The translations under genes and the position numbers were made by a program. The notes beneath the pieces were generated by a model. The model saw nothing but the letters and a program-made list of their open reading frames with translations. It had not been told where the DNA came from and made no database searches. Of a DNA stretch of 64,000 nt, positions 13,601 to 26,949 are shown one piece after another. This DNA comes from Chrysomallon squamiferum. Its lineage: Eukaryota > Animalia > Mollusca. The stretch is taken from assembly GCA_012295275.1 (NCBI GenBank), contig CM022669.1:10540001-10604000 (forward strand), given 5' to 3'. Every line of letters starts with the position of its first letter. The stretch's first letter is position 1.

Positions 13601-15877
13601 CTTTAGCATTATAATTATCATTAGCATTATTTTTACTTATTTACTTAATTTGTTTATTTATTTATTTAATTTTATTTTTTTCAATGTTTCAGAATGACTT
13701 TCAGATTTTAGCTATCCTAATGGTTGTGGGACTACTTTTTAAATTACTATAATTAGTTATTTTTTTAAGCATGACTCTTGACTGTATTATTAATGTTCTA
13801 TTTCTGACATGCTTTATATAGATAAAGCAAACTTTCACAGATTACTTTACATAATTCAAAAATTACTTTATGTGATGCATATAGAACATAGCACATCATA
13901 ATATCAATGAAGAAACAACAAATTCACTTTCTCATTAATGTTTTCCTGCAAACAAAAATACATTTATTGGAAAATTGTTTTCTACTGTACTACATCTACA
14001 AACTCAAACTGCAAAGGGCCTAAATTTTCTACAGTATGATAAAACTGGAAACGAAATACAGAAAATGAATAATTTCTGTTACAGAAAACCCGTCAGAGAC
14101 AGCCGCTAGAACATTAAAACTTGTTGTGAAATCTTTACAGAATCTGGCAAACCTGGTTGAGTCAGGGACTAAGGTAATATTATTGTTTAAATGTTGTTGT
14201 TTTTAATGTAAGTATAAGGGTAAAAACTGACAATAGTGTCTCTAAGTGTGTGCGTGTGCATGCGCTTGCGTGTCTAAATCTAAGAAGAGTAGTCTAAAAA
14301 AAATAAAAATCATATTTTTTTAGCTAATTATAAATCAGGTTAAATTGTAGGTTGTTAAGAAAATGAAAATACCACAGTGTACAGATAGATATATATTTAC
14401 TAAATTTAGAAACATAAGAAATGGTTTTCAAAAGTTAAATATTTTTTTCTCTTTTAGGAAGCTTACATGGAAGTTGTGAAACCATTTATCAAGAGAAACA
14501 GAGACAAACTTGTTATGTTTCTGGATGAATTGTCAGTAAGTTGTTAATTTTTAATTCAAATATATTAAAAATAATACCCAACGTAAGCAAACTAGAATTA
14601 AAAAAAACTAAAAAAAACTAAAAAAAGATATTATTTATTGTACTATTTCTACACCAATCATATAAAAAATAAATCCCACGAAAACTTCATATATAAAAAG
14701 ATGTTAAAGGTAAATTATATTTTTCCATTAGAGTATTTTCAAGTTTTTGTGAATATGATTGTTTCTACAGACATTACTGTCTCCCAGTAATTTTCACTGA
14801 GACCTGTTTTATTTGACAGTGATAACTCTAATAAGTATTTTAACAAATCCAACAGTTGAGTGTTTCATTTTTAGTTTAAATTCATTAATTTTTTGGGGAA
14901 ATAGAAGAAATACTATACTGTTGGAATTGTTAAAATACTTGTTAAAGTTATCACTTATATATATACACACACCACATACTTATTGCAAATTTTGTTTGCG
15001 TACTAGAGTTCTTTCCTTTCCATTCCATAAATGTTAAATTATAACAAACGTTTTCTCTTTATATTTTAAGAGTTTTCTTAATATATTTTATGAATCCTTA
15101 TGATATTCCTGATAGAAGGTTTACAGCAGTTTGTCTTTCCATACAGCAGTTCTTTTCTTCAGTATATTTTATTCTTTACAGAATGTACCTGAGAACTCCA
15201 CAGTGGACACAGATTCTGTTTTAGACCCATCTCGTGACCTGGCTACAATTCACCATCTTTGTACATCACATCTTGATGATCTGAGAAGTCTGGTAGAAAC
15301 ACAGGTCAGTAACATTTCCAGATAACCACATATTTGTTCACTGATACTTGTTTCAGTATTGTTTGACCATTTTGGTGTGGCTCTGTCATTGAACGATTGA
15401 GTTACTGTGTCAGGTAGATTTTTACTTGGGCTAAGATAATTCGGTTTCTGAGTGATGATAAAAATTGTTTCATTTTTCCTAATTAGTGTATTTCGATTAG
15501 GTTTTAGAGCCAACGTGAAACAAAAGATTGGGATTTGTATTTAACCTGATATCTCCTTCATTTGTAACATTATTTCATGTAGAGGAATATAAAAAATAAC
15601 TGCTAGATGTAGTAAGAGTGTCAGTGAATTAATCATTTTTCTTTTTTACCATTACTATATTAACTTCATAATTCAAAATATCTATTTTAAATAATTGAAA
15701 ATATTTCAGTCATTCAAAATATCGTCTTCAGTTTTGAAATTTATAATGTAAACCTATTTTCTATTTCTTGTATTATATTTTACTGTTTGTCTTTGATTCC
15801 AGCCGTCACTGCGGAAGCTGGTGTCAGTGACAGAGACGTTGACAAAACACAAAAAAGCTTACATGGGGGACACGTGA
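1454..15877 (+). CDS. RASA1: Ras GTPase-activating protein 1 (p120 RasGAP), 5'-partial; SH2-SH3-SH2-PH-C2-RasGAP
   Basis: Exons read by hand with GT-AG boundaries and consistent phase: 1454-1606, 2684-2819, 3345-3415, 3829-3946, 4619-4703, 4982-5126, 5438-5513, 5925-6066, 6558-6640, 7389-7462, 7982-8069, 8628-8845, 9485-9561, 10192-10349, 11099-11261, 11702-11844, 12352-12467, 13112-13198, 13379-13446, 14085-14173, 14458-14535, 15182-15304, 15803-15877 (TGA). Motifs: N-SH2 WYHGRLDR..YLVRESDRKPGSFVLS; SH3 DELSFKKGD..GWLW; C-SH2 FLVRPSD; C2 NPVWEEEF; arginine finger FRATTLA; FLRLICPAI; KSLQNLAN. The first visible exon starts mid-codon, so exon 1 is upstream of the window. Confidence 0.96.
6257..6370 (+). 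mobile_element. Degenerate SINE-like fragment in a RASA1 intron
   Basis: GC-richer patch ggatcaattc..catcaggctaattcccgttc..tgtggtatgtgctgtcct. It resembles, from memory, the core of gastropod tRNA-derived SINEs. A related piece occurs at 47252-47450. Confidence 0.35.
12452..12616 (+). repeat. ~54-56 bp tandem repeat copying a RASA1 exon end and donor site
   Basis: ttgatcactgtccaat|gtaag..aatgaagtatttatg is followed by ttgaccagtatccagt|gtaagagtagagtacttaatgagctatttatg and then gtaagagtagagtacttaatgaagtatttatg. Confidence 0.7.
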
Positions 15878-16434
15878 TGTGATTCACCTGACAACACAGA
15901 GACTTAACCAGTATGCACTTCAATGTGATAATACAGTCTGACTTAACCCGAGATCCTTGTACCTGCAGATATCATAGAAATCTCACAAACTGTCAGAAAC
16001 TCAGATGATTATGGGACAGTGAATGAAAGGATATTTAACGTCGTCGATCGCAGCGCTTAGAATGTGAACACAGACCCATCAACGAATCTTATACAGTGTG
16101 TTTTTAATGATTCTTAAAATGTACTGAAAAAGACAGCTGCTACATGAGAAAAGAAAAAATATATATATATATATATATATAAGAAATATATGGTATTGAG
16201 AGGAAAACCCTCCCCAGACTGCTGGCTCAGTCTGATAAGGATTATTCAGATGAAATAATTCTGTAGGTTTTGTTATTTTTTGTTAGCTCATCCTGATAAG
16301 GAAATTTCAGGCATTTTGTATAATTCTCTACTTGTTTTATTTTATTTTTTATTTATTTTTTATACCAGTGGCATTTTATTATTTTTTTGAGGAATCTAAG
16401 TAAGAGCCAATCAAAATGTTGATGTTTTTTTATG

Positions 16435-16474
<40 letters not shown>

Positions 16475-17025
16475 AAGTTGTATATCAACTCTTTTAACAG
16501 GTTAAAGATATAACAATTTGGAACTAGAAATATTTTGGTGCGTTACCTCTTTTAATAGTCTTGTATTAAATTGATACAAATAATAACTATATTAAAAAAT
16601 TATAATTTAAAATAAAGAATAAAAGCATTTGGTTAGAAACTGTATAAATCCAATTAAAGAACTATATTTTACTAATTCATAAACATTATTCTTCTGTATT
16701 TAAAAAAAAAAAAAAAAAAAATGGACTATGGGAAAAAAATTAAAAATTAATATCGGCAAAACAGCTTTAATATAATTAGGGTTTCAGTCAATGAAAATTT
16801 TTAGATTTAAACTATAAATGTGCAGGCTAAAATATATTGACAACTTTGTCATATACATTTTAAAATATATATCTATTCCAAAACAGTTCTTGAATAAGAA
16901 TAAATATTAATAATACTGATGTAAATATTACATAATAAAGTAAAGTGACTTGGTTGTGAAAGACAAATCTTTATTAATCCCACCTCACTCCATTTAAACC
17001 CTAAATACTGAATACCTTAATCTTA

Positions 17026-17061
<36 letters not shown>

Positions 17062-17713
17062 TATCATACAAATAGTATATTTAAAAGCAGTTCAAAGTGG
17101 AAAAGTAAAATAGAGACTAATATAAAAAATAAAAATAAATAAATAACCATCTATATCTTTGAAATCCTGAAATACTTTGTAAAAAAAATTACTAACTCAC
17201 CATAGCGAATCAACCATTGATTGGATACAAGACCAAATATGAGGGACCAATGAAAACAAACTAGTCATGAAATTAGCCAATGAAAATGAAATTTTGTACA
17301 TGTAAATTTGATTGGTGAATTGAGTGGACCAAAGGATTCTGACCAAAACCAATTTTTTTTTTTTTTTTTTTTTTTTTTTATATATATTTGAACAAAAGGA
17401 AATACTACCAGCAAAATAATCAAACAATGAATAGGAACTCTTGTCTTTTCTTTATTTTTATTTTTTTATTTTCCTCCCTCTCTCTGTGGTCTGGGCATTT
17501 ATGTTATCTGTGATTTCAATTTCTAACATTTTTATTACCTATTCATGTATTTCCTCTAAATATCTATGTGCATAATATTTGTCATACGTAGACATAGTAA
17601 TTGAGGCTACTATAAAAAGTTTATGTATGTACATGTCTGTTTATGCCAAAAAGAAAAGTGCTTTTATAAAAAAAAAAAAATGACTTGTTTTCTGTTATTT
17701 CTTTTTTCTTATT

Positions 17714-17752
<39 letters not shown>

Positions 17753-18416
17753 CTTTCATTTTTTTTTTTTTTTATACAGTTTAAAAATATGAAAGATGCT
17801 ATTAGTTGCACACATATTTATCATCTTACTCAGTAGAGGTACAATAACAGGGATATAATAATAATTCAGTTTCCGAGTTGCATATAAAAAGAAGAAAAAT
17901 ATATTAGTATCTGAGGTGTTCAGTGTTTCCACATAATTTCCAGATTTGCCACCGACACTACATGACGTGAATAACAGTTATTTTTATACAGTATGTTTAA
18001 GTATTGTGCGTTTTCAGCCGTTACTAACGAGAGCAAGAGTGAATCTGATAGAGGTACTTAAGCTCATTTCATTTAGTTACACCTAATTTCATAAAATACA
18101 AACATCTAATAAAACAAAATCTTACCTTTAAGATCAGAGTAAATCCAAAAGTTTGGCAAAGACATCGATAATCCAAAAAATACAGTAATCCATTTAAAAG
18201 CAACTTTGTTACATGTCAATACCATGGCATCGTTTATGACGTCATAAATGCGACCGTTGTTTAATTCGGACAGTTTCGCAAGTTTCCGTCAGCAATGTTT
18301 AGTTTTTAGTTGTTTTTTGTTTTGATTTGTTGCTGTTTTATAGTAAAAAATAAATAATGATTAATTAATTAAAGCAGTGAGGATTTTATTTTATCAACAG
18401 ATATTTGCTTTTCAAC

Positions 18417-18466
<50 letters not shown>

Positions 18467-19127
18467 TTTTAAATCCGTTTTACATTTAATAGCATTTAAC
18501 AATAATCATTATATAGAGCAGAGTAAATATGTGTATAGTGCAAGTTCGCGTGTGAACCTACTTGTTTTCTTCCACAAGTATTTTTAAAGTACTGTGGTTT
18601 AAATTTTCTATTTTCTTCCTTCGTTCCTTCCATTCTTTCTTTTTCTTCTTCTTTCTGTTAATTATATTTATGCCTGTCAAATATCTGTCACGTTTCTGAA
18701 CATTCTCTAAGCTTTATTCACTTTATTAGTATGATTATTTTTAAACTGGTTTTAATGACCACCACCACTAGTAGTATCACTACCAACAACAACAATAACA
18801 ATAACCACAACTTCCTACTTTTGATGATTTTATTTCAAAATTATTCGTTTCACTTTTTCAGGCATTTCTTTTATTGTTTAAAATTAAACAGACTGGTATA
18901 TGCTAATCTCGTACAAAAGCGTGTTTTGAAAGAAAAAGGAAACATCTTCATAGTTAAGTTTACAAAAATAGTTCTTGAATTATAAGAAATTATTTTTAAA
19001 AACTGAGATATGAACAAACGTGCAGTTTTAGTTTTTGTACGAAATTATCAACGTTTACCAGTCTGTCAAAATACTTCGTAAAAACTGCGCAACATTTATA
19101 ATAACTGGTTAACTTCACACAATTTTA

Positions 19128-19140
19128 GAAATGGCGGCGG
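19128..19140 (+). promoter_or_regulatory. YY1-like motif (AAATGGCGGCGG) near the TICRR start
   Basis: Matches the AAnATGGCGGC consensus typical of housekeeping promoters, about 40 bp upstream of the first in-frame ATG. A CHR-like TTTGAA occurs near 18925. Confidence 0.45.
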
Positions 19141-19172
19141 TAAATTAGAAAAAGGATATGTTTCATGTGTAA

Positions 19173-22100
19173 ATGGTAAAGATCGGCACTAACACCATGG
19201 AGAACCAAAAGTCCCATTTTCAAGTTTTATTCTTAATTGACACTTATCTAAACGACAGTAATCATTATGAGACTATTTCAAGATACAATCGTATGATTAG
19301 TTTATCGATATTTAGAATTTTAAAAACTTTGCTTGCAACAGAGAACCCTCTTTCGTGGTGTTACAAATTTTATAGTTCAAACTCCGATACGGGAAGTCTT
19401 CGTAAAGTATGCCTCACCGATTTCAAGCTAAAAAATTTCGAAGAATTCGAAAAACAGTTGCAGGATAAGTTGGAAGCAGGAAATTCATCAAAATGTCAAC
19501 TTTCACAAGTTTCCAATAAATCGAACAATACATGTGTTACAGGCAACAGACGTAAAGTAAAATGTCATGCAGAAAGTCTTAAGGATGCTTTGACAGAAAT
19601 TGTTACTGATATTCCTTGGGAATCGGATCGAATTTCACCAGTGAAAAAAGGTAAACTGCATCTTGGTAAACAAACACGTTCAAATGCAGCAAATACAAAC
19701 CACTTCAACAAGCAGTTAAATAACTTTGTGTTTTTATTCACACGATCTCCACACGACAAATCAAGCCTTAGAAACTTTGCTGGTAAACGTGTGATTGATT
19801 CTGACGTTCTGCTTGATTCCTTTATGACACCATCATTACAAACAAGATTTTCACAACATTCTCATTTGGCCCTGATTTGGGTGGATACCAGCTGTTTGCA
19901 CGAGACACATCAAAACATCACTGTAAGTGTGTTAACTGATGGTTTAAAATGGAATGATATTATTTGAACATCATTTTTATAAAGTTGTAATTATATGTTT
20001 TAGTTATTAGTTGCATTCAAAAAATAATTAAATTATTATACCAATGTGAAATAACAATGATTATTTTTTTTTGGGGGGGGTGAATTTAATTCATATTCAT
20101 TTAATGTATATAGAGAATGCAGAGTCTTACTTGTCATAAAAACACATACTGTTTTGAAGTGGAAAACAAATTCTACTTTTCATGTCACATTATCAGTCTA
20201 CTTGAAATAAATTTATGGAATTAAGGCATGTATTTTATTACAGGTACCTTCTGTAATATAATAATATATCATTCAAATATATTAAAATGTTATGACAGGA
20301 TATCATATCTTCACTTACAGGGCAGCTGGGATCCAGAGAGCTTGCAGATCGTGGAATCTGCAGTTGCTGCACTTGATGGTGCAGTTTTTTCAATAGACAG
20401 CATTGTATCTATTTCTTATCCTTGGCCATGTGGAAAGTTTAGTTTGAAAACTCAGGAAAATCAATCTAGTGTTAGTGAAAATGTGAACAGAATTTCACTA
20501 GCATTGACATGGCCCACTACAACCTTGCTTGGACATTTTGTTTATTCCTCTTGTCAGAACCACTGTGAAACTACTATACAAGGCAGTCTTGCTCTAAATC
20601 TTAGTATGAATCTTTAATCATTATTTCTGTTTAGTATCACTATAATTTTATCCTGCTTCTGTTTCTTAATAAGTTAATTTGTTAATCAATATCAGTATTG
20701 AATAAGATAAAGATAGATGATGCGTGTTTATTAATATCTGAGAAAAAAGATCATACATACAACAGAAATAAAACTGAATTTTATATTCAGAAATTCCATT
20801 ATAATTTTATTCTATTTTGCTATTTTACATTCCATTAAAAAAAATTATTTTATTTTTAGTTGATGATAAAATCTCTGCAGAAATATATTTAGAATTAGTG
20901 CCTACAACAGAATACACATTGCTTACAAGGTAACTGACAATTTACCACAAAAAATTAATATATGAATGTAATGGGATATTTAATTATTTAATTAATGTTT
21001 AGTTCTTGAACTTGTCGTATATAAATTTTTGATAACTATTAAATAAATAACATCCTTTAATTTAAAAAAAATTCTGAATTGTTATTGATGTTACAAATAT
21101 AAAATGTGTTCTGATTATAATTTATACAAAATTAAATGTTTCTAGATCACAATCCTCTGATGCCAGACTACTCCAAAGTCAGAAAAGGGAAGAATTTGTT
21201 CCAGTTACAGTAAAAACAGTTTCAACAGATGAAACTAAGAACAAATGTGAAGAGTTAAAACTTAATATTAAGGATGACTTTAATGATGTCAGCAGAACAA
21301 ACTTTGAACTGCAGAATCCAAGGTATAGTGTAACCATAGTTTTAATGATACCTACAGTACAAGCATATAATTATAATAATAAAACTAAAACTGTGGAAAT
21401 GTTTAATAGGTTATTTATATTTTTAACACATGCACACACTCGCTCATTCTTTCATGCATACAGACACACATAGTCCTTCATGTAAGACATAATTTTTGTG
21501 TGTATTTATGATTGTATACCTTGTTTTTAACTTCATTACAGGTTTTCAGTAATTGCATGCATAGACAGGAGTGCTGCACTTTCTCAGATGACAGAACCTG
21601 TGAAGTCTTACATAGCTTATAACAGAGGAGAACCTGAATCTGTCTCTCTCTCCAAGTTACTACAGGAGATGGCAAAACTTGGACAGATCTTAGTAAGTTT
21701 TTTTATTCTTAATTTTATTTTCCATATATATTTTTAATAATTTATATTATTATTTTGTAGGTAAATTGAGACAAATCTTTATAATTTGTTTTTGTTATCT
21801 GATCAGTTTTAAATTAATTATATTATTTCTTAGTAGGATTTTACTTTTAGTAAGTTTGTAATAGTTTTGTTATCCACACTTTTTTTTAAGTGTTTAAATT
21901 ATTATTTTATAGATTATATCTTTAAGAGTGCAGAGAAATATTTTGTATACTTCCAAATTATTGTTTCTTAAACAGTATTTTTTTATGAAGTATAAAAATA
22001 AAATAGAAATTGGCGAGGAAACATTATGTTATGGACAGAAATGTTTGAAAAACTGATAGTCTTGTTAAATCAGTTTTGGGGTTTTGGGGGGTTTTTTCAA

Positions 22101-25100
22101 TTCAGTTTATCAAATATTTACAGAAAAAGCAAATGGAGTCTTTATTATCATCTCTTTAGACACCCTGTTATTTAATTGTCGTATTTTGTTTTATGAAATT
22201 TAATGTAGCAAATAAAACATGAAAGTGTGAGAAATAACATTTTAAATGGTTTTGTTAGCATTTAGTGTTTTATATGGAATAATAAATTATATATGTGTGT
22301 CTAGGATTTCTATGTCTTCTAGTAAAAAGACAGTTAAATCTGTTTAATTACTTATTACATTAAGAGTGATTTATTGTTATTGTTAGGTGTTGCGTGTGGA
22401 AGACAGAAAGAGGACTTTATCAAGTTTAGCAGTTTTAGACTTACATACACTTCACTCAGCTAGCATTTCTGTGCTTTCTGTTGGGTCAAGTTTACAGGTT
22501 TGTAGCATCAGTATGTTAAGTTTAACATAATTATCAACATTTCCAATAACATATACATATAACAAACCATGTATCTAGGTTTTATTTCAACCATTCTGGG
22601 GGTTTTGTAGTCAAAATAATATTTAAAAGACGTTCTGGAGTCTGCTTCATAGAACAATCAAAATAAAATATTCAGCTGTAGTAAATGTTACTGTTAGTTT
22701 ATTTAGCTAATTGGTATTATATTAGAAACAGTTATTCATTTATTTTTCTGTGAAAAAATATTTTTTAATTAGTTTTCAAAAATTAACCATTTCAGTTTAA
22801 TTAAACTTTTACTAATTTATGATCAGTTGCTTCATTGAACTATCCATCTTATTTTATAGAAAAATATATTTTTTATTTTATTACTTTTTCTTTTGTTATG
22901 TTCTTAATGTTCTTTTTCTTTTTCTATCTTCTACATAATTTATCATTTAGTAATTTAGATTTTTATTGTATATTTCCGTCAAAAGGTTGAAAAACTAATG
23001 CTGAAGCACATAGACGTACACAACAAGAACCAAACTTTAACTGACAAGGATGCTGGTATGAAAGAATCAGATAATAATGGAATACTAACACCCACAGTCA
23101 GCAAGGAAAGAGCTAACAGAATTCAGGTTTATCAGACACACATTAAGGACAAAACCTCTGTAGATAATACAAGTGGAAGGAAATCAGACTGTGTTTCAAG
23201 ACCACATTACAATCCTCAAGTGTTGAATTCTTGGCATGTCGCAGGCAGCTCCAAGGCTTTGGTTAATGTTATTGGGAAACTGACTGAAAGGTAATGTCTC
23301 TTGTCTGAAATTTTGCAGTAATTATACTAGAGAGCTTGTGAGATATGTCCGAAGTTGAATTTGGAGAAACCCAAGATAAAAACAACAAAATGCCCACAAG
23401 AAAAAAATTATTGTGACGCAACATTCATTATGATTTTAAAATTTAAAAGACTTTACTCAAAATAAATTAATACTTTGTTCTTTATCAATATTATAAAATA
23501 TTTAAATAGCATATCTACAACAGTTGATGTACACTGTTGAAATTGGTATATTTTGAATAAGATCTTTCAACTGTATAAAGAAACAAAAATTTAAATTTAT
23601 TCATTATGTTAAATTATTGTTGAGAAAATGTATTTTACTTTCCAGGATTGATCAGTTAAATTTTCTCACATCATCTGAGAAACAGGTTTTGAAAAATGTG
23701 CAGCAATTGTATAGGAAACAAAACAGACCAGTTGTTCTTCAACATCCTAAAACTTCACCCCCTGTTACTGAAGGTATATTTTTGTTTTCTTAATATTGAA
23801 ATGTATATAGTTAATCATTGATTTCACAACAACAGCAGATAAATAAATGTCTTAATGTATTTTAATTCTGAAAAAAAATTGTATATATATATATATATTT
23901 TTTATATAAGTAATAATGAATTATGTGTGTTTTTGATCCACACTTTTCCCATAAACAGGATGATTCTTACAATAATAATATCTTATAGTCAGTTATTGAG
24001 GACTGGGTAGTCACCGAAAAATAGACAAGGACCTTGATATGAAAGAATCAGATAATTAAAGAGTTCCATTTAAAGTATTCAGTGAATAGTACTTTTAATA
24101 AAAACCATTTTAAAAACTTATAAAATTATTCTTATTGCTGTTTTACATTCACAGTTCTCAGAATTTAAATCAGAATTACAGAAATTTACTTTACCTTTAA
24201 AGTATTGAGTGAACTGAATAGCATTTTTAATACGAACTGTTTATAAAATATTCTGATCACTGTTACAGATACAAAAGTGACTGACTCTGCGGTTGTTGGT
24301 GATGTAAAGCAGAAGAAGTCGTCACTGTGTAAAAAGAAGTCAGGGTTGTTTCGTGGAGAACTGATGGTAAAAAGAAGCAGAGCTGCAGTTAAAGAAGGGC
24401 AAAAACCTGAGGAAAAATCAAACAAAATGAAAAACACAGCCAGCTCTGACAAAGCTAAATCTTTAGTTCATATTCCAAAAATGGGTAAGTTTAGAAGTTT
24501 TTTCATTTTATAGATTTCTGTCATATATTTACTTATTGATGTGTAATAGAAACAAACCTTTTTTTTTTAAATTTTAGAAAATAATATCACTTTTGTTTAA
24601 AAACTATTTAAAAAAAGTTATTATTTATTTGGAGATAATTTATAAAAGCTGATATTAAAGTTATGATTAAAAAAGATGCACAATTTGCTATTTTAAAAAT
24701 TTGATTAGAACTATATATTCTTGCATATCACAAAAATGATTTTTTATTACACTTCACTTAAATTATAAAACCAGTTTATTTTTAAATATTTTAAAGTTTT
24801 TTTAAAGTTTTCCTTTTAAAAAATGGTGATATTTTGTGTTACAGAGTTTGAGACAGAATCTGATCTAGGACTTTACCTCAAAGACTTGTACAGAAAACTT
24901 GTGGAGGAAGGAGGCAGTCTGGAGTTTGGTGTCCAGACTGTGGTCACTGTTTCTCTACACTTCATGAAGAACCAGGGCAGACCAGAACCAGAGGTAGCTA
25001 TCAGAATAACATAATCTAATCATATAGTTTAACAACAGAACATGATGTAAAATTTTCATTCAGAATAATACGATCTGTTTTCTAAATTTGATTGTACAAT

Positions 25101-26867
25101 TTAATAATGTTGTCTAAAACAGTGATTCAATTATCAATCAGAATAATATAATCTGTGTTCATAACTTTATATTATAGTTTAATAATAGTATCTAGAATGT
25201 ACACGTAAAACTATTGATCTGAATAATATAATCTATGTTCTAAACTTTATCTTACAGTTTAATAACATTATTATGTGTAAAGTTATCTGTGAGAAATATT
25301 TCTATCATGGTTTTACATTTATCATGGAGTTCAAAAAGATTATCTGAATACTCTGCATAAAATACATTTAGAGTTTTAAATAGCTTATTCTATATCCATG
25401 TCATTAAACAGTAATAATAATCTTCATGTTACGAGAATGAATGGTGTTCCAGAAAATGCATGTAAGTGTGTGTTTGTGTGTGTACGTATCTGTGTCTGTC
25501 TGTGTGTGTGTGTAATGGTTTGGTGTATTTTATTGTGGAATATTGAGTTGAAACAAAAATTTGTAGCATCCTTTTCTATAGATGATGTTTGATCAAATGA
25601 TTTGAGCGAACATTTTGCTGAAATATATGACGACATGCATACATAGTCTGAAAAAAATAGCACATAAGTGCGAATGTCTGCATGCTGTATTTGAATTTCA
25701 TTTTAGAAAAAGAACTATGCACTTTTGTTTAAACCAAATAGTTACATTACTAAATGTTTTGTTTCAGAAATCCTGTGTGGATCTGCTAAAAGAATACGTT
25801 TTGTTGTCTGCACCTGCAGTAAAGGAGAAGTACAAAGACAAAGAATCCAGTGAGGACAATAATAATAAAATCACAGAGTATGTTTTTATTGTAACATAAT
25901 CATAAGATCTTTTCACTTACAGAAATTTTATTTATTTATTTATTTATTTATTTATTCACTATCATCATAATCATTATTATTATAGTTGTTGCTGTCACTC
26001 TGTTGTCATTGTATTATTTATTTAAGTGATAATGAAGTGTATATAAAATTAAGAGCATAATATATTCAAAAATGTATTATGTACTATTAAGTTCTTCAAG
26101 GGTAATATCCAAAGATAAGTGGGGAAAAAAAAAATATAATGTTTATTTTAATTATAGTCTCAGATGACTAAAACAGTTCATCTAAAAGATGTTAGTTAAT
26201 TTGTGCTTTAACTACAACATACTCACTCACTTTCATGTTTAGGTTTAAGCTTCAGATCTTGTTACGACTAGAACTAGAATCTGCAGTGTTGCATACAGAC
26301 AATGATCTCACTGACAAATACGTAGATGAGGTAGGTATCAACCTGATCATAGCAAGATTAATTACTTAATCTTTAATCATTGTACTTAAATAACAGTGTA
26401 ATTTATTTCAGTAACTACTGGTATGTTGCATGTTTATGAGTGGGTGTGAGTAAATATTTTTGTTGGACTGAAAATAATGTGATTTGTTTATTAGTATCTG
26501 TTTTTTTTTTTTGTATGTGTGAGTGTTTGTTTGGGTGTGTGTGTATACATATGTGTTTGTGTTTGTGTTAGTGTCAAATTTATTTATTGTGGTAGGCAGA
26601 CCTATGGTTGTAAATATAAAACATTTTATCAGTTTATGTGAAGGTCACAATTTTCATCATGTCTACTTGTTTAGAAATCAAGTACCATTTTATTTCAGTA
26701 TTTTCTATACTAATAATAGCACTGACTTTGTAAAGTTGTCTTGTTTAGTGTCTTGTTAAATATTTTTATTAAAGACTAAAATAGACTTCATAAATTAAGC
26801 TCATAATCTTTATAAAATAACAGAAACTAATCACATGAATACGAAAATATTAATGAAATTTTTCTTT

Positions 26868-26949
<82 letters not shown>

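Noticed and set aside
17197-17427. 76-aa minus-strand ORF with poly-Lys
   Set aside because: Poly-Lys comes from a T homopolymer and there is no pyrimidine tract for an acceptor; probably repeat-derived.
19131-19148. ATGGCGGCG as the TICRR start codon
   Set aside because: In-frame TAG after five codons; better read as a YY1-like motif or tiny uORF.
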